Positions 1-17,746 of a stretch of DNA of 64,000 nt are shown here, in pieces. The DNA lies in assembly GCF_035594765.1 (NCBI RefSeq), contig NW_026943818.1, positions 10,573,924-10,637,923 on the forward strand. The letters run 5' to 3'. This stretch comes from Anolis carolinensis. Taxonomy: Eukaryota. The notes below the pieces were generated by a model. It did no database searches, was not told where the DNA came from, and worked only from the letters and a program-made list of their open reading frames with translations. Position numbers and translations under genes: made by a program. The stretch's first letter is position 1. Every line of letters starts with the position of its first letter.

Positions 1-3000
1 CAACTTCTAAACAGGCCCAAAGGGGCAAAACGAACCCTGGACCACCCTCATGGGGCCTTAAACAACTTCTAAACAGGCCCAAACGGGCAAAACGAACCCT
101 GGACCACCCTAAAGGGGCCTTAAACAACTTCTAAACAGGCCCAAAGGGGCAAAACGAACCCTGGACCACCCTAAAGGGGCCTTAAACAACTTCTAAACAG
201 GCCTAAGGGGCAAAACGAACCCTGGAACCCTCCAACATAAAGGGGCCCCAAACAACTTCTAAACAGGCTCAAAGGGGCAAAACGAACCCTGGACCACCCT
301 AATGGGGCCTTAAACAACTTCTAAACAGGCTCAAAGGGGCAAAAACGAACCCTGGACCACCCTAAAGGGGCCTTAAACAACTTCTAAACAGGCTCAAAGG
401 GGCAAAACGAACCCTGGACCGCCCTAAAGGGGCCTTAAACAACTTCTAAACAGGCCCAAAGGGGCAAAACGAACCCTGGACCACCCTCATGGGGCCTTAA
501 ACAACTTCTAAACAGGCTCAAAGGGGCAAAACGAACCCTGGACCACCCTAAAGGGGCCTTAAACAACTTCTAAACAGGCTCAAAGGGGCAAAACGAACCC
601 TGGACCACTCTCATGGGGCCTTAAACAACTTCTAAACAGGCCCAAAGGGGCAAAACGAACCCTGGATCACCCTAAAGGGGCCTTAAACAACTTCTAAACA
701 GGCCCAAAGGGGCAAAACGAACCCTGGATCACCCTAAAGGGGCCTTAAACAACTTCTAAACAGGCCCAAAGGGGCAAAACGAACCCTGGACCACCCTAAA
801 GGGGCCTTAAACAACTTCTAAACAGGCCCAAAGGGGCAAAACGAACCCTGGACCACCCTAAAGGGCCTTAAACAACTTCTAAACAGGCCCAAAGGGGCAA
901 AACGAACCCTGGACCACCCTCATGGGGCCTTAAACAACTTCTTAAACAGGCCCAAAGGGGCAAAACAAACCCTGGATCACCCTAAAGGGGCCTTAAACAA
1001 CTTCTAAACAGGCCCAAAGGGGCAAAACGTACCCTGGACCACCCTCATGGGGCCTTAAACAACTTCTAAACAGGCTCAAAGGGGCAAAACGAACCCTGGA
1101 CCACCCTCATGGGGCCTTAAACAACTTCTAAACAGGCCCAAAGGCGCAAAACGAACCCTGGACCACCCTAAAGGGGCCCCAAACAACTTCTAAACAAGCT
1201 CAAAGGGGCAAAACCGAACCCTGGACCACCCTAAAGGGGCCTTAAACAACTTCTAAACAGGCCCAAAGTGGCAAAACGAACCCTGGACCACCCTAAAGGG
1301 GCCCCAAACAACTTCTAAACAGGGCTCAAAGGGGCAAAACGAACCCTGGACCACCCTAAAGGGGCCTTAAACAACTTCTAAACAGGCTCAAAGGGGCAAA
1401 ACGAACCCTGGACCACCCTCATGGGGCCTTAAACAACTTCTAAACAGGCTCAAAGGGGCAAAACGAACCCTGGACCACTCTAAAGGGGCCTTAAACAACT
1501 TCTAAACAGGCTCAAAGGGGCAAAACAAAACCCTGGACCACCCTAAAGGGGCCTTAAACAACTTCTAAACAGGCTCAAAGGGGCAAAACAAACCCTGGAC
1601 CACCCTAAAGGGGCCTTAAACAACTTCTAAACAGGCCCAAAGGGGCAAAACGAACCCTGGACCACCCTAAAGGGGCCTTAAACAACTTCTAAACAGGCCC
1701 AAAGGGGCAAAACGAACCCTGGACCACCCTCATGGGGCCTTAAACAACTTCTAAACAGGCTCAAAGGGGCAAAACGAACCCTGGACCACCCTAAGAGGGG
1801 CCTTAAACAACTTCTAAACAGGCTCAAAGGGGCAAAACGAACCCTGGACCACCCTCATGGGGCCTTAAACAACTTCTAAACAGGCCCCAAAAGGGGCAAA
1901 ACGAACCCTGGACCACTCTAAAGGGGCCTTAAACAACTTCTAAACAGGCTCAAAGGGGCAAAACGAACCCTGGACCACCCTAAAGGGGCCTTAAACAACT
2001 TCTAAACAGGCTCAAAGGGGCAAAACGAACCCTGGACCGCCCTAAAGGGGCCTTAAACAACTTCTAAACAGGCCCAAAGGGGCAAAACGAACCCTGGACC
2101 ACCCTCATGGGGCCTTAAACAACTTCTAAACAGGCTCAAAGGGGCAAAACGAACCCTGGACCACCCTAAAGGGGCCTTAAACAACTTCTAAACAGGCTCA
2201 AAGGGGCAAAACGAACCCTGGACCACTCTCATGGGGCCTTAAACAACTTCTAAACAGGCCCAAAGGGGCAAAAACGAACCCTGGATCACCCTAAAGGGGC
2301 CTTAAACAACTTCTAAACAGGCCCAAAGGGGCAAAACGAACCCTGGATCACCCTAAAGGGGCCTTAAACAACTTCTAAACAGGCCCAAAGGGGCAAAACG
2401 AACCCTGGACCACCCTAAAGGGGCCTTAAACAACTTCTAAACAGGCCCAAAGGGGCAAAACAAACCCTGGATCACCCTAAAGGGGCCTTAAACAACTTCT
2501 AAACAGGCCCAAAGGGGCAAAACGTACCCTGGACCACCCTCATGGGGCCTTAAACAACTTCTAAACAGGCTCAAAGGGGCAAAACGAACCCTGGACCACC
2601 CTCATGGGGCCTTAAACAACTTCTAAACAGGCCCAAAGGCGCAAAACGAACCCTGGACCACCCTAAAGGGGCCCCAAACAACTTCTAAACAAGCTCAAAG
2701 GGGCAAACGAACCCTGGACCACCCTAAAGGGGCCTTAAACAACTTCTAAACAGGCCCAAAGTGGCAAAACGAACCCTGGACCACCCTAAAGGGGCCCCAA
2801 ACAACTTCTAAACAGGCTCAAAGGGGCAAAACGAACCCTGGACCACCCTAAAGGGGCCCTTAAACAACTTCTAAACAGGCTCAAAGGGGCAAAACGAACC
2901 TGGACCACCCTCATGGGCCTTAAACAACTTCTAAACAGGCTCAAAGGGGCAAAACGAACCCTGGACCACTCTAAAGGGGCCTTAAACAACTTCTAAACAG

Positions 3001-4645
3001 GCTCAAAGGGGCAAAACAAAACCCTGGACCACCCTAAAGGGGCCTTAAACAACTTCTAAACAGGCTCAAAGGGGCAAAACAAACCCTGGACCACCCTAAA
3101 GGGGCCCTTAAACAACTTCTAAACAGGCCCAAAGGGGCAAAACGAACCTGGACCACCCTAAAGGGGCCTTAAACAACTTCTAAACAGGCCCAAAGGGGCA
3201 AAACGAACCCTGGACCACCCTCATGGGGCCTTAAACAACTTCTAAACAGGCTCAAAGGGGCAAAACGAACCCTGGACCACCCTAAAGGGGCCTTAAACAA
3301 CTTCTAAACAGGCTCAAAGGGGCAAAACGAACCCTGGACCACCCTCATGGGGCTTAAACAACTTCTAAACAGGCCCAAAGGGGCAAAACGAACCCTGGAC
3401 CACTCTAAAGGGGCCTTAAACAACTTCTAAACAGGCTCAAAGGGGCAAAACGAACCCTGGACCACCCTAAAGGGGCCTTAAACAACTTCTAAACAGGCCC
3501 AAAGGGGCAAAACGAACCCTGGATCACCCTAAAGGGGCCTTAAACAACTTCTAAACAGGCCCAAAGGGGCAAAAACGTACCCTGGACCACCCTCATGGGG
3601 CCTTAAACAACTTCTAAACAGGCTCAAAGGGGCAAAACGAACCCTGGACCACCCTCATGGGGCCTTAAACAACTTCTAAACAGGCCCAAAGGCGCAAAAC
3701 GAACCCTGGGACCACCCTAAAGGGGCCCCAAACAACTTCTAAACAAGCTCAAAGGGGCAAAATGAACCCTGGACCACACTAAAGGGGCCTTAAACAACTT
3801 CTAAACAGGCCCAAAGTGGCAAAACGAACCCTGGACCACCCTAAAGGGGCCCCAAACAACTTCTAAACAGGCTCAAAGGGGCAAAACGAACCCTGGACCA
3901 CCCTCATGGGGCCTTAAACAACTTCTAAACAGGCTCAAAGGGGCAAAACGAACCCTGGACCACTCTAAAGGGGCCTTAAACAACTTCTAAACAGGCTCAA
4001 AGGGGCAAAACAAAACCCTGACCACCCTAAAGGGGCCTTAAACAACTTCTAAACAAGCTCAAAGGGGCAAAACGAACCCTGGACCGCCCTAATGGGGCCT
4101 TAAACAACTTCTAAACAGGCCCAAAGGGGCAAAACGAACCTGGACCACCCTCATGGGGACTTAAACAACTTCTAAACAGGCCCAAAGGGGCAAAAACGAA
4201 CCCTTTAGGGTGCTAAAGGGGCCTTAAACAACTTCTAAACAGGCTCAAAGGGGCAAAACGAACCCTGGACCACCCTAAAGGGGCCCCAAACAACTTCTAA
4301 ACAGGCCCAAAGGGGCAAAACGAACCCTGGACCGCCCTAAAGGGGCCTTAAACAACTTCTAAACAGGCCCAAAGGGGCAAAACGAACCCTGGACCACCCT
4401 AAAGGGGGCTTAAACAACTTCTAACACAGGCCCAAAGGGGCAAAACGAACCCTGGACCACCCTAATGGGGCCTTAAACAACTTCTAAACAGGCTCAAAGG
4501 GGCAAAACGAACCCTGGACCACCCTAAAGGGGCCCCAAAACAACTTCTAAACAGGCCCAAAGGGGCAAAACGGACCCTGGACCACCCTAAAGGGGCCTTA
4601 AACAACTTCTAAACAGGCTCAAAGGGGCAAAACGAACCCTGGACC
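1..4645. repeat. Satellite array, 62-bp unit (CAACTTCTAAACAGGCYCAAAGGGGCAAAACGAACCCTGGACCACCCTMAWGGGGCCTTAAA), about 75 copies, runs off the left edge
   Basis: CAACTTCT recurs at 1, 63, 125 and onward. Units are highly homogeneous. The array ends abruptly at about 4645 into AT-rich DNA. Confidence 0.97.
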
Positions 4646-5286
4646 CTGGGTATATCATATTATACTATGTATTATATATAAATATTATATAGTTATTAAA
4701 TTTATTGTGTATTATATATGTGTGTGTAAATTATGAAGAATCATTCTAACTACTTGTGCAGTAGAGTCTCACTTATCCAACATTCGCTTATACATATATA
4801 ATTCCCCTGTTTTCTGAGTGTTGTTCTTTATTTACTGTCGTGATTCTAGAGTTTTTTTTAATACTAGTAGCCAGATTGTCTTACTTTTCATTGATTCCTC
4901 CTTTCTGTTGACATCCACATGGTTGTGGATTTCAATGGCTTCTCTGTGTAGTCTGACATGGGTGGTTGTGAGAGTGGTCCAGCATTTCTGTGTTCTCCAA
5001 TAATATGCTGTGTCCAGGTTGGTTCATCAAGTGCTCTGTTATCGCCGTCTTCTCTGACTGAGTTAGTCTGCAGTGCCTTTCATGTTCCTTGACTCATGTT
5101 TGGGCAATGCTGTTGCTTTTGGTGGTCTCTCTGTAGACTTTTCCCACAGCTGCATGGTATACAGTAGACTCCAGCAGAGGTGAGAAGATCCCTCCTGTCC
5201 TTTGTTGGATTTTCTGAATGAGTCTGTTGATACAGGGTTGTTGTATGTCTTTCGGGCTGTGTGGCCATGTTCCAGAAGTATTTTCT

Positions 5287-5327
5287 CCTGACGTTTCCCC
5301 CACATCTATGGCAGGCATCCTCAGAGG
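5287..5327 (-). ncRNA. Hammerhead ribozyme motif copy with the stem II closing pair mutated (probably impaired)
   Basis: Reverse complement reads CCTCTGAGGATGCCTGCCATAGATGTGGGGGAAACGTCAGG; the C before GAAA is changed to G. Confidence 0.55.
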
Positions 5328-6258
5328 CCATGAGGTATGGATAAACTAAGTAAGGAAAGGAAAGAATATATATCTGTGTAGAGTCCAGGGTGTGGCAAGA
5401 GTCCTTTGTCACTGGGAGCCAGCATTAATGTTTCAGTTAATCACCCTAATTAGCATTGGAAAGGTTTTGTCTCTTGCCTGGGGGCATTCTTTGTTCAGTC
5501 ATTAGCTGTCCTCTGCCCTCAGAGTGTTGGTTCCCATCTACTGTTTTGATTTTATAGCTTTTTAATACTGGTAGCCAGATTTTGTTCATTTTCATGGTTT
5601 CTTCCTTTCTGTTGAAGTTGTCCACATGCTTGTGGATTTCAATGGCTTCTCTGTGTAGTCTGACATGATAGTTGTTGGAATGGTCCAGCATTTCTGTGTT
5701 CTCAAATAATATCCTGTGTCCAGGCTGGTTCATCAAGTGCTCTGCTATGGCTGATTTCTCTGGTTGAATGAGTCTGCAGTGCCTTTCATGTTCTTTGACT
5801 ATTGTTTGGGCAATGCTGCGTTTGGTGGTCCCTATGTAGACTTGTCCACAGCTGCATGGTATCCGTCTGTATAGTCTGTAGATAGTTTGTAGGCTGTGTT
5901 TCTTCATCCGTTTGCCTATGTGATCAGTGGTTCTCTTGATGTCTGGTAAGAACACTTTTCCTCTGGGTGGATCGTTGTCTTTCCTCTCATGGCTTGTTCT
6001 TGGCCTTGCAGCTCTTCTGATGTCTATGGTGGAGTCTCCATTGGCCTGTAGAGCCCAGTTTAAGTGGTTCGGCTCACCTTGGAGGAGGTGGGGTTCGCAG
6101 ATTCTTTTTGCATGGCCATACATCCTGGAAAACAAACAGCAACCCAGTGATTCCGGCCATGAAAGCCTTCGACAACACAGTCCTATATACAATTATATTT
6201 CTACACATCTCCATAGAGGAAAATGGTCTCAAAATGTACAAGGAAATGTACCTCACAA

Positions 6259-6299
6259 CCTCTGAGGATGCCTGCCATAGATGTGGGCGAAACGTCAGG
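6259..6299 (+). ncRNA. Minimal type I hammerhead ribozyme motif (PLE-borne), intact core
   Basis: CCT-CTGAGGA-T-GCCTGC-CATAGAT-GTGGGC-GAAA-CG-TC-AGG gives stem I CCU/AGG, core CUGANGA, stem II GCCUGC/GUGGGC, GAAA, palindromic ACGU stem III, and a GUC cleavage triplet (cut predicted after 6296). Confidence 0.75.
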
Positions 6300-6506
6300 A
6301 GAGAATACTTCTGGAACATGGCCATACAGCCGGGAAACATACAACAACCCTGTGATCCCGGCCATGAAAGCCTTCCGACAATACAAGGAAATGATTTTGT
6401 CAGGCTTCAAAAGCCTTGGCGCCTGGCTAGGCCTGGTAACCATGGCAACTTCCAGAACGATTCCACCCAGTCTAGCAGGCCTATTCAACACGGCGTCACA
6501 TCTTAG

Positions 6507-6770
6507 CCAATGGGCTCTTTCCGCTTGGCCAAAGCGCGGGCTCCGATTGGTCCAAAGCGCCGGTTGGGTGGACCAATCGGGAGGAAAAAAGGTAAGGCAT
6601 TAAAAAAAAAAAGGTACAACGGAGAGGCACGCGACGGGCGCGTAACGTCACTACAGAAGCGGACCAATCGGTGCCGGCCAGCTAGGACGGAAGCAACCAA
6701 TCGGGAGGTTCCAGCGAGGAAAAACCGACCAATCACAGCCATCCACGCAAGGGAGTGGACGACTATATAA
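6507..6770 (+). promoter_or_regulatory. HSPA5 promoter: three tandem ER-stress elements, CRE/ATF-like site, extra CCAAT boxes, TATA box
   Basis: Perfect ERSE CCAAT-N9-CCACG at 6729-6747. ERSE variants CCAAT-N9-CCAGC at 6664-6682 and 6697-6715. TAACGTCA at 6643-6650. TATATAA at 6764-6770. CpG-rich. Confidence 0.92.
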
Positions 6771-6794
6771 GGTCGCATGGGCGGTTGGCCCTTG

Positions 6795-6886
6795 ATAGTT
6801 CAGTGAGACCTGAGAGTTAGGAAGCCTATTTGTCGCGTGATAGGAACGGCGTTACTAGTGTGGACGGCTATCGCTGATTAATAGAG
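6795..6886 (+). other. HSPA5: Putative non-coding first exon of HSPA5 (5'-UTR intron 6887-9753)
   Basis: Starts about 25-30 nt after the TATA box (start approximate). Donor GAG|GTGAGC at 6886/6887. Polypyrimidine acceptor TTCCTTCTTGCAG ends at 9753, 40 nt before the ATG. Confidence 0.7.
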
Positions 6887-6949
6887 GTGAGCGTGTTAAT
6901 GAACCACGTCTTCTTGATAATTTTAATAAACTATAGCTGCTATTATGCA

Positions 6950-7500
6950 TTCTTTATGGCTGGTATTTTCAGAGGTTGTGAGGCCTGTTGGGAATTGGGC
7001 AAGTGGGGTTTATATACCTGTGTAATAATGTCCAGGGTGGGAGAAAGAACTCTTTGAGGTAAATGTGAATGTTGCAATTGGCCACCTCGTTTAGCATCGA
7101 ATGGCCTTGCAGCTTCAAACCCTGGCTGTTTTCTGCCGGGGTGGGAATCCTTTGTTAGGAGGTGTTAGCTGGCCCTGATTGTTTCCTGTCTGGAATTCCC
7201 ATATTTTTTAGTGTTCTTTTATTTACTGTCCAGATTCTAGAGTTTTTTTTAATACTGGTAGCCAGATTATGTTCCTTTTCATGGTGTCCACATGCTTGTG
7301 GGTTTCAATGACTTCTCTGTGTGCCTGACACAGGGGTTGTGAGAATGGTCCAGCATTTCTGTGTTCTCATAGAATATTCTCCAGTTTAGCAGCTTAGTTC
7401 ATCAAGTGCTCAGCTATGACTGGCTCCTTTGGCTGTACTAGTCTGCAGGAGATAATGCTTCTGGATTATGGCCATACAGCCAGGAAAACTCACAGTAACC
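6950..7500 (-). mobile_element. Degenerate Penelope-like fragment in the HSPA5 5'-UTR intron
   Basis: Similar to the GIY-YIG/terminal region at 5450-5780 (TAATACTGGTAGCCAGATT, GGTCCAGCATTTCTGTGTTCTC). Confidence 0.7.
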
Positions 7501-7741
7501 CAATAAGCTTTGTGTCCCTATATTTCCATTGGGATAGTGTATAATCGCCTTTAAACATTAATAAACTGTATCTATATATATATTTCTATATACTGTTATA
7601 TTTCTAGATGTTGAAAGTAGTACTTGTATATATATTAGTACAGACATATAATCTAAACATTGATATTCTATCTATTATTATTGTATCAATTTATATCCTG
7701 CTTTTTCCCATGGGTAGGATTCAAAGCAGCATACTAAAATA

Positions 7742-8060
7742 CAGTAGAGTCTCCCTTATCCAACATAAATGGGTTGGCAGAATGTTGGATAAGTGAATAT
7801 GTTTGATAATAAAGCGGGATTAAGGAAAAGCCTGTTAAAGATCAAATTAGTTTATAATTTTACAAATTAAGCACCAAAACATCATGTTATACAACAGAAA
7901 AAGTAGTTCAATGCATAGTAATGCTATGTAGGAATTACTGTATTTACGAATTTAGCAGCAAAATATCACAATGTATTGAAAACATTGACTACTGAAAGGC
8001 AGACTGCGTTGGATAATCCAGAATGTTGTATAAGCGAATGTTGGATTAGTGAGACTACTG
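7742..8060. mobile_element. Tc1/mariner-superfamily MITE, about 320 bp (TIR CAGTAGAGTCTCACTTATCCAA, TA target)
   Basis: TA-flanked terminal inverted repeats. Nine copies of this family lie in the window. Confidence 0.8.
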
Positions 8061-9793
8061 AATGCTATTTTTATCTCAGTTCATGTATATATAATGAGAG
8101 AAAGAGTTTGTACGTGTGTATATGCAGTAGTTTAAAGCTAATGTAAACAGTAGTAATAATACTGTAGTAATGTACATTTGTTATGCTTTGGGAGATGGGA
8201 CCCAAGTCTCAATATTAGACTTGGGAAAATCCACATCACTTCTCCGAGTCAGTCAACATGTGTGGCATTTTACAGTTTCAGAGGGAATTTTAGCATTGAT
8301 TACTTCCCCTTGCAGACATTGCGGTCTCTTAAAATGGAGGTTGTGATTTGTTCTTTGGGCACATGCCTTCATTGCAAAGGCTTTATAGAATTGGGAGAGT
8401 TGGAAGAGACCTCAAAGGCCATCCAGTCTACCTTCTGCCAGGCAGGAAAACACAATCAAAGCAGTCCCGACATGTCCCTAAGGTTCAGATGGAATTTCCT
8501 TCCCTGTCATTTGAATCTTTGTAATTCACCTTCCTAGTGAATTCATACCCCAAAGATGGCCTATTTTTGATACCCAAAGGTTTCATTTTGGGACTATATT
8601 TGAGGTTTGTGGAGGGACTCTCAAGCTGTATATCTGTGCATTCTTCATCTTTAAACTGAGGCTGAAGGAACATCTTTCAAGATTATTAAAGTTGCCTTGT
8701 TTCCTGCAAAGTTAGATGGAGTTGAGCTGGATGGTCCATTCATCTGTGATCACTTTTAACCCTGAAATATCTTGGGGCCCATTCCAATTAACAGTCTATG
8801 ATGATATGTGTGTCCTTTCCAAGTTGCCTACTGATCATGGCACCTCCATAAATTTCAGAGTATTTCCTTAGAAAAGGAAGACTCAAACAGAGCCCGCACC
8901 ATCTGGTATTCCTTGGCAGTCTCCCATCTAAGTATTAATCATTCCCATTTCAAGGTGTTTACAGCCTTGACTGGTAATGGAGTGTTCACTTTTTAACTTT
9001 ACCCATAATGATAAGGATTTTAAAAATGTATAGGTGACAGTAAGCTGTTAAGTCTGTGTTGTATTAGGATGCTAGAACCAGAGAGTGAGGGTGTGTGCTC
9101 CTCCTACTTTTGGACTGCAACTCCCATCAGGTCCAGGAGGCCTACTTGAGGGTGATGGAAGTTGCAGTCCAGCAAAGGTTAGAGGGCTACTTGTTTCTAA
9201 TCATGATAGTGAATAGATAGCATTGCCCAACATGCATTTTGGTGCCTCAAATGTTAGCCCTCTTTTTGGGTATGTTTGACCTGCTGATGGGACCAGTTTC
9301 CCCCATTGTTCTAATTTTTGAGATATAGAATGTGCCCCCTACCAGTCACCATCTGTTTGCCCATAAGAAATGAGCATATGGGATCTATCAATGCCATTTT
9401 CTGAATCAGCACCCCCAAATAATCCTACAACAGGCGTAAAAACCAAGACACAAATTATTTTTTTGTGGAGCAGTGTAGTGCTAGGCCTTCAGTTTAATGT
9501 ATTTACAGAAAGCATTAGAGTATTTTCATATTCTTTTATGGGGAAATCAAGGGCTGATGAGTCCATTTCCTTTGAGTTGTCTTAAGTCTTAACTGAGTTG
9601 ATAAAATCTGGTGTATTTGTGGATTTAAGACATGTTCCTATTTACTTTCCAGAGGCCATAGTTTCTGCTTGAACAAAGGATACAATTGTTGCCATTGTAG
9701 TGGTTAAGATTGGCCTGATTTTCCAACCGCCGCTCTTGTTTTCCTTCTTGCAGATTTTTTTTTCTGTTGTGGGAGGCACGTTACTGGAGCATC

Positions 9794-14734
<4,941 letters not shown>

Positions 14735-15321
14735 GCTCCCTTCCGTTCAACCGAGCCTTGAAACTGTAAATACTGGACTTGGAACTTTTTGTTTAAACTT
14801 ATTGAACTCAAGATCAGGAATGTGATCGGAATCTTCACTTGAGTGGAGTTGGCCATTGCTAGCCCAAAGTGGCTGTTTACTGCTTTTCATTAGCAGCTGG
14901 TAAATGTCAGGAGGGAGGGAGGGGTGCGCGGAGGGGGAATTGTTGTTGTCAAAACCATTTTATTTAACAATTTGGGTCGTGTGCGTTCCATGGGGAACTT
15001 TTCTACCCTCCGAGTGGCAACAATAAATTTGTTACTTACACTGGACCTCGGCCTTGTCGTTCATGCTCACTAGTGCTTGCTGTCGACTCCAGAAGAAGGA
15101 CATAGATTTGTTGTTTGCCTGAGCTCTCTAATCCAGATTAAAGGGCCTTTCTCTGATGCTTCAGGGTTCTTTCGGAGTTCAAACTCCAGAATTTGTGACA
15201 GTCTAAGAGAGCAGAAGTCTCCCTTAGCCATGGTTGAGAACTTGCAGTTTATTATTCTCTTTGCTCTTCTAGTGACACAAGATGTTGTGAATAGGTTACT
15301 TTACAATTGGAAATGAAAATA

Positions 15322-15817
15322 CAGTAGAGTCTCACTTATCCAATGTTCTGGATTATCCAACGCAGTCTGCCTTTTAGTAGTCAATGTTTTCAATACATTG
15401 TGATGTTTTGGTGCTAAATTCGTAAATACAGTAATTACTACATAGCAATTTTATTATTATAATATTTATATCCCACCCTTCTCACCCAACAGGGGACTCA
15501 GGGCGGCTTACAATAAAACACACACATAAAACCTGTACAATACACTATAAATCACTTAAAAATTAACTTACATAAAACATTCATAAAACACATTATAAAA
15601 TACAGATAGGCGTGTTCATGTTTAAAAAACCGGGTCTGCATATTGAACTACCTTTTCCATCTAATTTGTTGTAAAACATGTTTTTGGTGCTTAATTTGTA
15701 AAATCAACCTAATTTGATGTTTAATAGGCTTTTCCTTAATCCCTCCTTATTATCCAAGATATTCGCTTATCCAATGTTCTGCCAGCCCATTTAGCTTGGA
15801 TAAGTGAGACTCTACTG
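15322..15817. mobile_element. Same CAGTAGAGTCTC MITE family, interrupted by an L2-tail insertion
   Basis: TIRs TA|CAGTAGAGTCTCACTTATCC ... GGATAAGTGAGACTCTACTG|TA. Confidence 0.8.
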
Positions 15818-16262
15818 TAGTCTGGAAGTTAATACCTTGTTATTTATGCCCTGCTTTTTTCCCCTAAGAGATTCACAGTAAAACTATAATAGAATACATT
15901 TGCCTTAAAGCAACCGAATGCAATTGCAGAAGTTGTAAAAGCCACAGAGGGCAATATCTGTTGTTTCAACCATTATGTTTATTTTTTTGTGATCAGACTC
16001 ACAACCCTATTGTTCCCAAATGATCACTGGACAAGACTCAAATTGAATTGGCATCTTTTGTATTTACTGAGGTCATTCCCTGCCCAGGCATTGCAGATCA
16101 CAACCTTGGCATTGGAAACTTGTGTCCCAGTATCCAAAATGTATAGTCCTCCCAATCCAAAGTGCAGTTTGGCTGAGGAATGGGTGCAAGCTTAGGTTTA
16201 CATTGTCCTGAATATTGCAACCACAGTGTGCTGCTATCTAGGTACAAATATATATATATATA

Positions 16263-17181
16263 TTATTCCAGAACGCACACAACACAATCCCCATAAATCT
16301 CCCCTTTCATGTCCATCCCCCCAAATATTAAGCACAAATGAGTCAGTCCTGAGCTTTCCGAAGATGGTGCTTCCCATGGAATGATGCACATGGAATGGTC
16401 CAGGCGTCCGGCGGGCAAAGCCGTCTTGAACTCCAGTTGCGTCCAGTGGCCTTTTTCTGCAACATTGAAACAAAACATTCTTAAAGGCTTTGCATAACAC
16501 AGTCGGCTTCTCGACATTGTTAGATTTGAAAAGTAAAAATCTAGTTTTCAGTTTGATGCCTTAAAGAAAACTCACCGATGTGATACTTGTACATTGTGTC
16601 CAGCGCTCCAGTGGGGTCCATGCCGCCAAAAATGTACAAATGGTCCCGAAAGGCCACTGCCGAATGGGCCGCCCGACCTCCAGGAACGGATCCGGTGGCT
16701 GGCAGGGTCTCCCATTTCATCTTGGCTGCAAACGAATAAATAATGATCATTATCAATCTCTGGATAAAAAAAACTGTGAAGCAAATGCTTGAAAAGGAAT
16801 ATCTATGGCAAAGGGGTGCATCTGGACTGGAATGAATGCAACAGATTGGCTGTGCTTGAACTCAATGCTGTGGAATCAGAGTAGTCTGAAGAGGGCTGGG
16901 GGCCTCCCCAAACTACAATTCCCAGGATCCCATAACATTGAGCCATGGCAGTTCAAGTAGTATTAAAGTGCATAATAATAGATTCTGCAGTGTAAATACA
17001 CCCTTAGTCCCTACTACTACAACCAATAATAATAATAATAGATTCTGCAGGGAAAATGCATTCCTGCTACTAACAATATTTTGCAGGGTAAATAAACCCT
17101 TGTTCACTACTACTACTAACAACAGCAATAATGATAATAGATTATCCAGGGTAAATGCACACTGCTCCTCCTATTGCTACC

Positions 17182-17227
<46 letters not shown>

Positions 17228-17705
17228 GATTCTGCAGGATAAACGCACCCCTGGTCCCTACTACTACTACTACTACTACTAAAAATAACAATAATAATAG
17301 ATTCTGCAGAGTAAATGCACCCCTGGTCCCTACTACTACTACTACTACTAATAATAATAATAATAATACATTCTGCAGGGTAAATGAAGCCCTGGTCCTT
17401 ATGACTAACACCACCACTACTACGGTACTACTACCAATAATAATAATAATAATAATACACCACACAGTCCTAGACATTTGGGAAGTGTTCGACTTGTGAT
17501 TTTGTGATATGAAATCCAGCATATCTATCTTGTTTGCTGTGCCATAATAAAATAATAATTATGATGATGACGATGATAGATTCTGAAGAGTAAATGCACC
17601 CCTGGTCCCTACTACTACTACTAATAATAATAATAATACATTCTGCAGGGTAAATGAAGCCCTGGTCCTTATGACTAACACCACCACTACTACGGTACTA
17701 CTACC

Positions 17706-17746
<41 letters not shown>

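Larger units (their letters stand above)
4798..6385 (-). mobile_element. Penelope-like retroelement (PLE) cluster: 5'-truncated GIY-YIG endonuclease fragments and terminal-repeat segments in both orientations
   Basis: ORF 5446-6192(-) contains IPCSCGQVYIGTTKRS...KEHERH...SAIAEH...REAIEI...NFNR, a PLE GIY-YIG endonuclease signature. A second fragment (GVYCIPCSCG) lies in ORF 5080-5412. Repeated 3' ends read GGCCATGAAAGCCTTCGACAACAC. Confidence 0.88.

Noticed and set aside
1-4645. CRISPR-like array, or coding ORF 2786-2989 in the repeat
   Set aside because: Units are contiguous with no unique spacers, the context is eukaryotic, and the ORF is just the translated repeat.
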